Source of the DNA: a virus
Taxonomy: Duplodnaviria > Caudoviricetes
Direction: 5' to 3' (one strand)
IMG/VR virus record: IMGVR_UViG_3300025635_000039
Span: 1 to 43,303 of that record
DNA length: 43,303 nucleotides
The notes below the pieces were generated by a model. The model saw nothing but the letters and a program-made list of their open reading frames with translations, made no database searches and was not told the DNA's origin. The translations under genes and the position numbers were made by a program. This document shows positions 7,648 through 17,000 of this stretch, piece by piece (within the stretch, counting starts at the first letter, position 1; each line of letters begins with the position of its first letter).

Positions 7648-7899
7648 GTGAGAGCAGCACGCATCGCTCAACGGCAGCAACGGAAGAAGGGCATGAAGCA
7701 TCTCATCCGCGAGATGCGCGGGAGGATCACGGACTTACGAATCGCGGGTCTCGCCGCGTTTGAGGCGGGGGCGTTCGCGGAACGACAACGGAGGACCAAT
7801 GCCGAAAATAGTGAGGGATGTGTTAATCCCGGCCCTGTGTGTGGTGATGCTGAACACCGCGATAGTTATGGTCGTGGAACACTGGAAGCAACAGCCTAA
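7648..7899 (+). CDS. Hypothetical basic protein
   Basis: GGAGG RBS before GTG; first ORF after P2. Confidence 0.55.
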   Translation: MRAARIAQRQQRKKGMKHLIREMRGRITDLRIAGLAAFEAGAFAERQRRTNAENSEGCVNPGPVCGDAEHRDSYGRGTLEATA

Positions 7900-8161
7900 G
7901 GAAACCACCCTACACTCTCCGCAGTTCCACACCAAGCAATGCTTTGTTAACGCCACCGAACCACGCGAGCCGTGGTCCCCTCCGGTTGACGGCATCGTGG
8001 AGGTGGTGGGGTATGGGCACTACCTCGTCTTGTACTACCGGGAAGCCGACCGGCGGTACGCGGGGCCGAAGGGAGGGTGGGCTGAGGGTATTCAAGAGTT
8101 TGACCGGATCTATAAACCTATAGCGTGCCCTAAGGAGTGGGCATCGAAGAAAGGACGGTGA
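7799..8161 (+). CDS. Hypothetical protein with N-terminal TM segment
   Basis: GGAGG RBS before ATG 7799; hydrophobic VLIPALCVVMLNTAIVMVV. Confidence 0.6.
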   Translation: MPKIVRDVLIPALCVVMLNTAIVMVVEHWKQQPKETTLHSPQFHTKQCFVNATEPREPWSPPVDGIVEVVGYGHYLVLYYREADRRYAGPKGGWAEGIQEFDRIYKPIACPKEWASKKGR

Positions 8162-8206
8162 GGGCTGGACGAGAAGAAGAAAGAGGAGACTCCCAATTAC
8201 CTCGGA

Positions 8207-8632
8207 ATGTTTGCGTTTGTGGCGAGGCAGTCTGGTTCCGATTATTACAACGGAGAATACTTCATTGTAATGCAGACACCACACACGTTGTTCGGCGTGA
8301 AACTGGCGGGCGGTTACGGTGGGCATGAGTTGAGAACTATTTCTCTCGCCGGGTCAGAGGCATACACGGTTGTGGGTGCGTATCAAGATGATGCCGCAGC
8401 GCGGGTCGGGATTGATGCGATGAAACACTTCGCGGGGACACCCCAGCGTGGGGAGAAAGAGCAATGGGTGAGTTCGGTGTATAGCGCGTGTGCAGCGAAC
8501 GCCCGCTTGGCTGAGAACGCTATTAAAGCCCGAGCACAGCAGCCCACTGAAGAGAAGATGGAGTGGGGGCTTACAGCAGTCATCCACCTTTACAATGATG
8601 GAACTTATACAGAGTGGCGGGGGGTGAAATGA
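8207..8632 (+). CDS. Hypothetical protein
   Basis: 141-aa ORF coupled to the next gene (ATGA overlap); start uncertain. Confidence 0.5.
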   Translation: MFAFVARQSGSDYYNGEYFIVMQTPHTLFGVKLAGGYGGHELRTISLAGSEAYTVVGAYQDDAAARVGIDAMKHFAGTPQRGEKEQWVSSVYSACAANARLAENAIKARAQQPTEEKMEWGLTAVIHLYNDGTYTEWRGVK

Positions 8633-8892
8633 AGCTACACGTTGAACTAGAGCCACCCCAACCAGTTAAGCCAAAGATCGCCCGCATCACCTTACAGATA
8701 TCCGTTGATGAGGCGCAGTTGCTGCGGATAGTAGGAGGTATGAATCACACCATTGCACGAGTTTTGTGTAGCGACCCTCGTTTTTCCTTTGAGCGCACAA
8801 CTTTCGGGCCGAGTGATGAGGCGCGGGTAGCGGCGATGCTGGGTAGGTTGTATCACGCATTTGATGGAAATGAGGAATTTGAATGTCGTTAA
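8629..8892 (+). CDS. Hypothetical protein
   Basis: GGGGG RBS; ATG overlaps the upstream stop. Confidence 0.55.
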   Translation: MKLHVELEPPQPVKPKIARITLQISVDEAQLLRIVGGMNHTIARVLCSDPRFSFERTTFGPSDEARVAAMLGRLYHAFDGNEEFECR

Positions 8893-9071
8893 GAACAGTC
8901 CGCTCGCAAATCCGGCGTGGTGATCCGCTGGATCTCACTCAGGTCACCGACATGCTACAGGGAGGGGTTGATGCCAGCGTGGTTGAGCAGGGTTTCGAGC
9001 GGGAAGAACTCAGTGGGTTCCACGTCATCGACGAACGGGACTTTGCCGCCTCCTACCGAGACGAAATTTAG
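8883..9071 (+). CDS. Hypothetical acidic protein
   Basis: GAGGA RBS; overlaps the upstream stop. Confidence 0.55.
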   Translation: MSLRTVRSQIRRGDPLDLTQVTDMLQGGVDASVVEQGFEREELSGFHVIDERDFAASYRDEI

Positions 9072-9383
9072 TAGGCCATCCTACTGCCGAGACAAGGGTG
9101 GGTGTGCCTGGTCTGAGATTGGCATATGTACATGCACCCGCACACATAAATGTCAGTATTCAGAGTACGACTACCATCGGGAAGTCTCCGAAGGGACCAC
9201 GTATTACCGGAAGACCTGTCAGGAGTGCGGACGAGAGTACGACCACGGTTATAACTACCCCGACTAACGAACATGTCAGCACAGGTCTACCTCGTGTTCA
9301 CCTTCACGCTCGACGGGCGTTGGTGGTGGAAATTGATGGGCGGAGTTTCAATTCAACAACATTAGCCGAAAGGAAATCTACGC

Positions 9384-10064
9384 ATGAGTGATCAGCAGAA
9401 GCGGGAGCAGTTTACCTCCCCCAAGGGGACCGCAAAGTGGATTCGAGTCAACGAACCGGACACCAAGTATAAGGATGAGGGTGAGTACAAGGTGGATCTC
9501 CTCTTGGAGAGCAAGAGTAAGGAAGCCAAGGAACTCAAGAAGAAGATCGATGATGCTATCGAGGTAGCGGTCTCTGAGGCGAAGGCGAACAAGGCCAACG
9601 CCAAGCACGCCAAGATCATCAAGGCGGCTTCGGTGACCCCATACCGCCCGGACGTGGACAAGGAAGGGAACCCCACCGGGTTTACGATGTTTCGCTTCAA
9701 GGCCATCGCTTCCGGTGTAAGCAAGAAGACTGGAAAGCGTTGGACCTTCAAGCCGCGTCTGTTCGACGCCAAGGGTAAGCCGATCCGGAAAGAGGTGGCG
9801 GTCTGGTCCGGGTCAGTAGTCAAGGTCAGCTACGAGATGAGCCTGTACGGAATCACCGCGTACTCCCCGACGATGGGAGCCGGGGTGTCCCTGCGGTTGT
9901 GCGCGGTGCAGATCCTTGAGTTGAAGACCGGCACTGGTAAGGACGCAGCGGCGTTCGGCTTCGAGGCAGAGGACGAGGGGTATTCACAGGATGATTCCCC
10001 CGCGTTCACGGACGATCAGGCGGAAGCAGGGCAGTCAAACGACGCAGCGAATGAGGACTTTTAA
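9384..10064 (+). CDS. ssDNA-binding protein (T7 gp2.5-like)
   Basis: FTSPKG...EPDTKY, GVSLRLCAVQILEL, acidic tail ending in Phe. Confidence 0.9.
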   Translation: MSDQQKREQFTSPKGTAKWIRVNEPDTKYKDEGEYKVDLLLESKSKEAKELKKKIDDAIEVAVSEAKANKANAKHAKIIKAASVTPYRPDVDKEGNPTGFTMFRFKAIASGVSKKTGKRWTFKPRLFDAKGKPIRKEVAVWSGSVVKVSYEMSLYGITAYSPTMGAGVSLRLCAVQILELKTGTGKDAAAFGFEAEDEGYSQDDSPAFTDDQAEAGQSNDAANEDF

Positions 10065-10479
10065 TCGCCGGCAACGCTTCAACCAGCAACGTCAGAAAGA
10101 TGGGAAGCGCAGCGGCTTAGAGTCGGCTGTAGCTTCCCAGCTTGATAAGGCTGGTGTGAAGTACGCATACGAGCAGGTCAAGATCGAGTATCACAAGCCA
10201 GCCAAGACCTCGAAGTACACACCGGATTTCGTACTTGAGAATGGCATCATCATTGAGACGAAGGGGATCTTCGATACGGCAGATCGGCAGAAGCATCTAC
10301 TGATCAAAGAGCAACTCCCCGAACTGGACATCCGGTTCGTCTTCAGCAATCCCAATCAACGCATTAGCAAGATCAGTAAAACAACCTACGCCATGTGGTG
10401 TGAGAAGAACGGCTTCGCCTATTTTGCGAAGGCCGTTCCCACTGAATGGCTCAAAGAGAAAGGTACTAAACAATCGTGA
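10051..10479 (+). CDS. Endonuclease I / Holliday junction resolvase (T7 gp3-like)
   Basis: RSGLE, YTPDF, IETKG, KHLLIKEQ, DIRFVF, TTYAMWC. Confidence 0.95.
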   Translation: MRTFNRRQRFNQQRQKDGKRSGLESAVASQLDKAGVKYAYEQVKIEYHKPAKTSKYTPDFVLENGIIIETKGIFDTADRQKHLLIKEQLPELDIRFVFSNPNQRISKISKTTYAMWCEKNGFAYFAKAVPTEWLKEKGTKQS

Positions 10480-10625
10480 TTGAACACATGGGCTATATCC
10501 TCATCGTCAGCATCCTCCTCATCATTGTCTGTGCCCTTCCAGACATCATCCATGATCTCTCGGAGTATGCCTCCGACGTATGGCAGGCGATTCGCCGCGT
10601 GCCCGCTCGGTTCAAGGGGGAGTAA
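10476..10625 (+). CDS. 49-aa single-TM protein (MIEHMGYILIVSILLIIVCALPD...)
   Basis: GTGA and TAATG overlaps couple it to both neighbours; translated by hand. Confidence 0.55.
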   Translation: MIEHMGYILIVSILLIIVCALPDIIHDLSEYASDVWQAIRRVPARFKGE

Positions 10626-11065
10626 TGCCCCGGAAGGTCACCAACCTCATCATCGTCCACTGTAGTGCGACTCCCGCGAGTCACACGCACGTTGACGCTA
10701 AGGAGATCGACGGCTGGCACCGCAAGAAGGGCTGGCTGAAAATCGGGTACCACTATGTCATTACACGCGATGCTGTTGTCCAGAAGGGCCGAGAGCAAGA
10801 GGAAATTGGGGCACATGCGGCGGGGTTTAACCACGAGTCACTCGGGGTATGCCTGGTTGGAGGAACCGCTGAAGACGGGAAGACTCCCGAGAACAACTTC
10901 AACTCGCAGCAGATGTACGCCCTCCACGCTCTCTTATTACGACTACGCCAGGATTATCCTCATGCTCGCATTGTTGGGCATGGTGAACTTGATCCAAAGA
11001 AAGCGTGCCCCTCGTTCAGCGTCAAGTACTGGCTTACAGATAAGCCGGAACTGGCCGTCGAGTAA
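10625..11065 (+). CDS. N-acetylmuramoyl-L-alanine amidase (T7 gp3.5 lysozyme-like)
   Basis: IIVHCSAT, IGYHYVI, GAHA, GHGE and KACPSF zinc-amidase motifs. Confidence 0.95.
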   Translation: MPRKVTNLIIVHCSATPASHTHVDAKEIDGWHRKKGWLKIGYHYVITRDAVVQKGREQEEIGAHAAGFNHESLGVCLVGGTAEDGKTPENNFNSQQMYALHALLLRLRQDYPHARIVGHGELDPKKACPSFSVKYWLTDKPELAVE

Positions 11066-11086
11066 TTAGTTGGACCTGTAGTTTGC
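11064..11086 (+). promoter_or_regulatory. Phage RNAP promoter P3
   Basis: AATTAGTTGGACCTGTA-G. Confidence 0.8.
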
Positions 11087-11120
11087 GGGAGACCTGAGGA
11101 ATTGTCCTTGGGTCTCCCGT
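11085..11120 (+). other. 16-bp hairpin after P3 (possible RNase III site or 5' stabiliser)
   Basis: GCGGGAGACCTGAGGA-ATTG-TCCTTGGGTCTCCCGT. Confidence 0.55.
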
Positions 11121-11161
11121 TCGTTTGTCTTCAATCATCCACACATGGAAGGAGTCACGCT

Positions 11162-11470
11162 ATGTCTACCGCTACCGTTGAAGCAGCCGCCGAAGTACAA
11201 GTCCCGGTCAACGTGTTCAACACCCGTCGAGCCGCGCAGATCTTGAGCAGTATCCCGTCCACGAATCAGCAGCATTCCGTCCTCAACCATATCCTGATGA
11301 AGGGATCAATCAGCCAACTCGAAGCGCACGAACTCTACAAGGTTCGCCGCCTCACGTCCCGCATTGATGAACTCAAGAAGCGGGGTGTCGCCCTCGTCGC
11401 GGAGATGCGGAAAGACCTCGTGGGAGATAAGTATGCACGGTACTACATCGCCGGGAACATCTCCCGATAA
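11162..11470 (+). CDS. Helix-turn-helix DNA-binding protein
   Basis: GSISQLEAHELYKVRRLTSRIDELKKRG wHTH pattern; AAGGAG RBS overlapped by an operator copy at 11137-11150. Confidence 0.75.
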   Translation: MSTATVEAAAEVQVPVNVFNTRRAAQILSSIPSTNQQHSVLNHILMKGSISQLEAHELYKVRRLTSRIDELKKRGVALVAEMRKDLVGDKYARYYIAGNISR

Positions 11471-13088
11471 TTCGTCGTGCATCCGACATGAGCCGTGTCC
11501 GTCCTGCGGTAGCCGAAATAACCTCGGTCGCTACAGTGATGGGCACGGCTACTGTTTTGGGTGTGAGTACTACGAGCCTGGTGAGGGCACCGTCAAACAG
11601 GGGAGGAGATCAACAGCGGTGAAGTTAGACTTGATCGAGTGGGGTGAATACAAAGCCCTCACGAAGCGTGGGATCTCAGAGGAGACCTGCCATAAATTCG
11701 GCTACACAGTCGGGAAGGACAGCGCGGGAATCCCTGTGCAGATTGCCCCCTACTATGATGCCGAGGGGAATGTCGTGGCGCAGAAGATTCGGTACGCCAA
11801 CAAAGCGTTCACCTGTACCGGCGACATGAAGAAAGCGCAGTTATTCGGGCAGCAGTTGTGGCGGGATGGCGGGAAGATGGTGGTGATCACGGAAGGTGAG
11901 ATCGACTGTCTGACAATCAGCCAGCTACAGAATAACAAGTGGCCGGTCGTCAGCCTGCGGAATGGCGCAGCCGGTGCTCATAAGTGTTTGCAGGCCAACA
12001 TCGAGTGGTTGCAGAAGTTCGACGCGGTGATCCTCGCATTCGACATGGACGAGGCGGGGAAGAAAGCGGTTGAGAAGTGCGTCCCACTCCTGCCCCCCGG
12101 CAAGGTGAAGGTCTGGAATATCCCTCTCAAGGATGCTAACGAGATGCTCCTGGCTGGCCGTGAGAAGGAGATCCTCGACGCGGTGTGGGGAGCCAAGGTG
12201 TACCGACCTGACGGGATTGTCAGTGCAGCGGACACCTGGGATCTGGTCATCAAGGATGAGCCGGGTGAGAGCGTTCCCTATCCGTGGGCTGGTCTCAATC
12301 TACTGTACGACGGGCTACGTGTGCGGGAGATTGTAACGCTGTGCGCCGGGTCGGGGATTGGGAAGTCGGCGTTGTGCCGCGAGATCGCCGCGCACTTGAT
12401 TACCCTCGGGGAAACCGTGGGCTACATCGCCCTCGAAGAATCCGTGAAGAAGTCAGTGCTGGGTCTCATGTCCGTCTTCGCCAACCGCCCACTACACAAG
12501 CGGGATGCGCGGAAGCTGGTCGATGACGAGTCGTTCAAATCCTCATGGGAGAAGTTGAAGGACAAGGCGTACTTCTACGACCACTGGGGATCGACGGACA
12601 GTGAGAATCTCCTCAACAAGATCCGCTATCTGGCCCACGGCTGCGGCTGTAAGTGGATCATTCTTGACCACCTTAGCATTGTGGTCAGTGGTCAGGCTGA
12701 GGGCGAAGAGCGGCGACTGATCGACAACACCATGACGGCTCTGCGGGCGTTGGTTGAGGAACTGGGGATCGGGATGATCCTGGTCTCCCACCTGAAGCGG
12801 CCCGAGGGGAAAGGCCACGAAGACGGCGCACAGACCTCGCTGTCCCAGCTTCGAGGTTCCGCCGCGATTGCCCAGTTATCAGACGGGGTGATCGGGTGCG
12901 AGCGCGATCAGCAGGATAAGATGAATGCACACATCACCACAGTACGTGTGTTGAAGAATCGATTCGCTGGTGAAACCGGGATTGCCTGTTATCTCTCGTA
13001 CCAGAAAGACACAGGTCGTCTCATTGAACTGTCTGAGTGTCCGTTCGTGGATGAAACGACACAGGAAGGTGGCGATGACATCACTTGA
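11433..13088 (+). CDS. Primase-helicase (T7 gp4-like)
   Basis: Zn finger CPSC...CFGC, TOPRIM EGEID and DMDEAG, Walker A GSGIGKS, LDHL, LRGS, KNRFAGETG; start approximate. Confidence 0.96.
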   Translation: MHGTTSPGTSPDNSSCIRHEPCPSCGSRNNLGRYSDGHGYCFGCEYYEPGEGTVKQGRRSTAVKLDLIEWGEYKALTKRGISEETCHKFGYTVGKDSAGIPVQIAPYYDAEGNVVAQKIRYANKAFTCTGDMKKAQLFGQQLWRDGGKMVVITEGEIDCLTISQLQNNKWPVVSLRNGAAGAHKCLQANIEWLQKFDAVILAFDMDEAGKKAVEKCVPLLPPGKVKVWNIPLKDANEMLLAGREKEILDAVWGAKVYRPDGIVSAADTWDLVIKDEPGESVPYPWAGLNLLYDGLRVREIVTLCAGSGIGKSALCREIAAHLITLGETVGYIALEESVKKSVLGLMSVFANRPLHKRDARKLVDDESFKSSWEKLKDKAYFYDHWGSTDSENLLNKIRYLAHGCGCKWIILDHLSIVVSGQAEGEERRLIDNTMTALRALVEELGIGMILVSHLKRPEGKGHEDGAQTSLSQLRGSAAIAQLSDGVIGCERDQQDKMNAHITTVRVLKNRFAGETGIACYLSYQKDTGRLIELSECPFVDETTQEGGDDIT

Positions 13089-13458
13089 AAAGAATGTATT
13101 CAAGGTGGTGCTCCGGTGCACGACGCGGGTGTGCCACGGCTTCGATGCCAAGAACATCCTCGTTCTTGCTGAGAGTATCTCCGATCAGGTCGTGAAGGCG
13201 GTTATCGTAAGCGATCCTGAGGTGTACTTTGAACTCCGCACGGATCGCGCCGAGACGTGGTGCCTCATGAACGCCGTTCTTGATGAGGTCGCGAAGGAGA
13301 TCCCCGCCACCGCCCGGATTGAACTGGTTGGGGTGGGTATCCTTCGGTCACATCAAGTGGCCTATCTGAAGAACATGGAAGAGAGGAAACAGAAGCGATA
13401 TGCAACCGCAACTACTGACGGTGGTAACAGAGGAGACACTCAAGACCTGGCCTGCTGA
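13075..13458 (+). CDS. Hypothetical protein
   Basis: ORF coupled to the helicase end; GGAAGG RBS. Confidence 0.55.
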   Translation: MTSLEKNVFKVVLRCTTRVCHGFDAKNILVLAESISDQVVKAVIVSDPEVYFELRTDRAETWCLMNAVLDEVAKEIPATARIELVGVGILRSHQVAYLKNMEERKQKRYATATTDGGNRGDTQDLAC

Positions 13459-14227
13459 CGAGTGGCCGAAGTGGTGGGTCGAACGGAAGATCGACGGTGG
13501 GCGGATGACGTTCTGTGATGGGACGTTTGCGTCCCGCACGGACAAACCGTTCTACAACCTCGAACGTATTGCGGAAGAACTCAAGGAACTCCCTGGCTGG
13601 ATGCTCGACGGGGAAGCCTACGCGGGATCGTGGGCGAAGACCATGAGTATTCTCCGCAGTAAGAAAGCGGTGGATAACACCGACCTGCGATTCTGCGTCT
13701 TTGATACTATGTCGAAGTTCTCTTGGAGACAAGGGCGATGCCTAGACATCCTTGAGGATCGTCGTTCTGAGTTGATGATGCTTACAACAGGGATGCAGTA
13801 CGTGGTTCCTATCCTCCCTGAGTTCGCAAATTCCTATGAGGAGTTCGCCACACTTCACAAACGGAACCTCGCGGAAGGCTGCGATGGTACCGTTCTGAAA
13901 CGCATTGACTCCCTCTACGAGTTCAAACGCACGAAGACCTGGCTGAAGGTCAAGCCGTGCCTCGATGTGGATGGTGTTGTCATTGACATGGAGGAGGGGA
14001 AGGGGAAGTACAAGGGGATGCTCGGGGCGTTGGTCGTTCGCCAGGACAGCGATAAAGGCTGCGATCTCGTTACCAAGGTCAGTGGTATGACGGACATGGA
14101 GCGGGAACTCTGGTGGAATAACCGGGGGCTTCTCATCGGGAAAACCATCGAGGTCAAGATCCGGGGTTACCACCCATCGGGTAGCTGGATTGAACCGAGG
14201 TTTCACAGAATAAGAGAGGATGCGTAA
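13400..14227 (+). CDS. ATP-dependent DNA ligase
   Basis: KIDG adenylation motif, LDGE, FD, EGCDGTVLK, WLKVK, OB domain ending PRF. Confidence 0.9.
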   Translation: MQPQLLTVVTEETLKTWPADEWPKWWVERKIDGGRMTFCDGTFASRTDKPFYNLERIAEELKELPGWMLDGEAYAGSWAKTMSILRSKKAVDNTDLRFCVFDTMSKFSWRQGRCLDILEDRRSELMMLTTGMQYVVPILPEFANSYEEFATLHKRNLAEGCDGTVLKRIDSLYEFKRTKTWLKVKPCLDVDGVVIDMEEGKGKYKGMLGALVVRQDSDKGCDLVTKVSGMTDMERELWWNNRGLLIGKTIEVKIRGYHPSGSWIEPRFHRIREDA

Positions 14228-14230
14228 CAT

Positions 14231-16141
14231 ATGAAAGAGATTGTCTTCGACATTGAAACCAATGGGTTCCTGCATGAACTCACGAAGGTGCATTGTATTG
14301 CCCTAGCCGACGAGAGCGGTACCGTGCAGTCCTTCAACGGTGAACGGATTGTCGAAGCCCTCTCTTTGCTGGGACAGGCCGAGGTCTTGATTGGACATAA
14401 CATTCAAGACTTCGACCTGCCGGCACTCAAGAAGGTGTACCCGCAGTTTAACCCGCGTGGTCTCGTGCGGGATACCCTGCTGTGTTCCCGGCTGATCTGG
14501 CCTGAGATCACCGCACAGGACATGGCGATCATCCGCAAAAACCCCGCTGCGTTCCCCACGACTCTCATTGGTGATCACAAGTTGGAAGCGTGGGGGTATC
14601 GACTGGGTGAACGGAAGGGTGAGTACGCGAAGGAGCAGGGTAAGGATGCCTGGGTCACATGGGCACAACAGATGGAGGACTACTGCCGACAAGACGTGGT
14701 GGTCAACTTCAAGCTGTGGCGGTTGATCAAAGGGAAGAAGTACTCCGAGGAAGCAATTCAGTTGGAGCACGACTTCAGGGAGATCATCGCGGAACAGGAA
14801 CGCGAGGGCTTCCCGTTTGATGAGGAAGCGGCCAAGGCATTCTATGTCGAACTGTGTGCCAAGCGTGCAGAGTTAGACCGGGAGATCATGCCGTACTTCC
14901 CGCCGTGGGAAACCCGGAAGACGTTTACGCCGAAGGTGAACAATAAAAAGTACGGGTACGTCAAGCACGTCCCTTTCACCAAAGTCGAAACACACACCTA
15001 CAACCCCGCGAGCGACAAGCAGACCATCGAGAGACTGAAGGTACAACGCGGGTGGGAGCCGGTGGATTTCACCGATAAGGGCAACCCGAAGATCGATGGG
15101 GAAACCCTTCGGAGACTGGGGGAGCAATGGCCTGAATGTAGGCTCCTCGCTGATCGTGCCGACATCGAGAAGATCATCGGTATGTTGGCGGAAGGAGAGA
15201 ACGCTTGGTTGAAGCTCTGCAAGAAAGGCCCCGATGGTATCAGCCGGATACACGGTAAGGTCATCACGAACGGAGCAGTCACCGGGCGATGCGCCCACTT
15301 CCAGCCAAACCTCGGGCAGATCCCGAAGGAAGGGGAGATGGGGGCGCGGTGTCGCCGGTTGTTCACCACGATCCCCGGCTACAGCCTTCTCGGGGCAGAT
15401 GCCTCGGGGTTAGAACTGCGGTGCCTCGGTGGGTACATGGCGAAGTATGACGACGGGGCGTATGTCCGCATTGTCACGACCGGCGATGTTCACACGGAGA
15501 ATCAGCGGGCGGCAAATCTAAAGACCCGCAGCCTTGCGAAGACGTTTATCTACGCCTTCCTCTACGGGGCTGGTGGGTGGAAGATCGGCCTGATCCCTGG
15601 GGTCACCGAGGAAGAGATCCTGATGTACAAGGAAGAGGGTGTCTGGAAACAGGCGAAGTCTACCTTGGAACGCCGGAACATGAGCACCTCAGATTACAAC
15701 GTCGCGTTGGAAGTCCAGGGGCGCAAACTGAAGGCGCAGTTCATTAAGGGCCTCCCAGCGTTGGGACTACTGAAGGCTGCGGTGGAAACCAAGGCAAAAG
15801 AACAGGGGTTCATCAAGGGGTTGGATGGCCGGTTGATTCCGTGCCGGTCAGCACACTCATCGTTGAACACCTTACTGCAATCAGCGGGATCAATCCTTGT
15901 GAAGAAAGCGACGGTGATTTTCCACCGGCACCTCAAGGCGCGCGGCCTGAAGGATGCCGGGGTATTCCGCCAGGTCGTTCACGTTCACGATGAATTGCAG
16001 GGGCTTACTAAACACGGCCACGAGGGGGAAGTAGGAAAACTTGCGGTCCAATCAATCAAGGAAGCGGGCGAGTACTTCAAGTTCCGCTGCCCGCTCGACG
16101 GCGAGTGGAAGATCGGGGCGAACTGGCAGGAGACTCACTGA
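14231..16141 (+). CDS. DNA polymerase family A with 3'-5' exonuclease (T7 gp5-like)
   Basis: FDIET, GHNIQDFD, YCRQD, DASGLELR, AKTFIYAFLYG, HDE. Confidence 0.97.
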   Translation: MKEIVFDIETNGFLHELTKVHCIALADESGTVQSFNGERIVEALSLLGQAEVLIGHNIQDFDLPALKKVYPQFNPRGLVRDTLLCSRLIWPEITAQDMAIIRKNPAAFPTTLIGDHKLEAWGYRLGERKGEYAKEQGKDAWVTWAQQMEDYCRQDVVVNFKLWRLIKGKKYSEEAIQLEHDFREIIAEQEREGFPFDEEAAKAFYVELCAKRAELDREIMPYFPPWETRKTFTPKVNNKKYGYVKHVPFTKVETHTYNPASDKQTIERLKVQRGWEPVDFTDKGNPKIDGETLRRLGEQWPECRLLADRADIEKIIGMLAEGENAWLKLCKKGPDGISRIHGKVITNGAVTGRCAHFQPNLGQIPKEGEMGARCRRLFTTIPGYSLLGADASGLELRCLGGYMAKYDDGAYVRIVTTGDVHTENQRAANLKTRSLAKTFIYAFLYGAGGWKIGLIPGVTEEEILMYKEEGVWKQAKSTLERRNMSTSDYNVALEVQGRKLKAQFIKGLPALGLLKAAVETKAKEQGFIKGLDGRLIPCRSAHSSLNTLLQSAGSILVKKATVIFHRHLKARGLKDAGVFRQVVHVHDELQGLTKHGHEGEVGKLAVQSIKEAGEYFKFRCPLDGEWKIGANWQETH

Positions 16142-16448
16142 AGCGGGGAAAAAGCGGGACGCTAATCTTCGCCGGCGGTATGGAATAACACAGGCGGGCT
16201 ATGAGTCGATACTCAGAAGTCAAGACTTCGTGTGCGCGATTTGCCGGAAACGATGCGAGGTCAAGCCTGTGTTGTCGGTCGATCACGACCATGCGACGGG
16301 GAAGGTGCGTGGCCTACTGTGCCACACATGCAACCATCAATTAGGGGTGATCGAGAACGAGTGGTTTGTGGCCTCCGCCCATGAGTACCTAAAAAAATTT
16401 AACACTGAACATCCACACATGGAAAGGACGAATGAATGCGAAAACTAA
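16041..16448 (+). CDS. Endonuclease VII-family nuclease
   Basis: RYGIT, CAIC, VDHDH, VRGLLCHTCN; the only in-frame start is a TTG 100 nt inside the polymerase gene. Confidence 0.8.
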   Translation: MRSNQSRKRASTSSSAARSTASGRSGRTGRRLTEAGKKRDANLRRRYGITQAGYESILRSQDFVCAICRKRCEVKPVLSVDHDHATGKVRGLLCHTCNHQLGVIENEWFVASAHEYLKKFNTEHPHMERTNECEN

Positions 16449-16684
16449 CCGAAGAAGAAATCTTATTTGAACGCGAGGGTCGCGGGCGGTTTAACCTCCG
16501 CCGCTCCTGTGAGATCACGCCCGTTGCTGCCTCGCGGCGTACCCGCACTGGACCGCAGGCCACGATCACCAACCGACCCACTCGCACGATGCCCACCATC
16601 GGCTACGACCGCACGAAGTACCTCCCGAAGCTCACGAAGGATGCCATGGGGAACGACGTGCGAATGATGGTGCAGGTCCGCTGA
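16436..16684 (+). CDS. Hypothetical basic protein
   Basis: AAAGGA RBS abutting an operator copy at 16411-16424. Confidence 0.6.
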   Translation: MRKLTEEEILFEREGRGRFNLRRSCEITPVAASRRTRTGPQATITNRPTRTMPTIGYDRTKYLPKLTKDAMGNDVRMMVQVR

Positions 16685-16779
16685 TGCAAGCTGGGATCAT
16701 TTTCATCGGGTGCATGTTGTTTATTCTCTTCACGGCCTGGGCTGGTGGACCGTGGGATAACCCGGAGGGAAAAGCGTGA
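16684..16779 (+). CDS. 31-aa TM peptide (MQAGIIFIGCMLFILFTAWAGGPWDNPEGKA)
   Basis: TGATG and GTGA coupling at both ends; translated by hand. Confidence 0.5.
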   Translation: MQAGIIFIGCMLFILFTAWAGGPWDNPEGKA

Positions 16780-17000
16780 GGGATGTTCTAGGTAAAGAGA
16801 TCAAGGTTGGCGATACGGTTGCCTGCGGGATGCGCCGGGGAAACTCCGGGGCAATCAGCGTGGGCGAAGTGCTCGCCATCGAAACCGCAGAGGGCTGGAA
16901 CGGTGGTAAGTATGAGATGCTGAAGGTCCGTCATGTAGACGGGAACAAGCGCACGACAACCTGGACCTGTCCAGACCGCATGGTGGTAGTTCAGGGATGA
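16776..17000 (+). CDS. Small SH3/KOW-like hypothetical protein
   Basis: RDVLGKEIKVGDTV pattern; GGAGG RBS. Confidence 0.6.
   Translation: MRDVLGKEIKVGDTVACGMRRGNSGAISVGEVLAIETAEGWNGGKYEMLKVRHVDGNKRTTTWTCPDRMVVVQG

Noticed and set aside
8917-9267. Cys-rich ORF before the SSB gene
   Set aside because: The C-terminal half looks Zn-finger-like, but the only start lies deep inside the upstream gene without an RBS; not supportable as annotated
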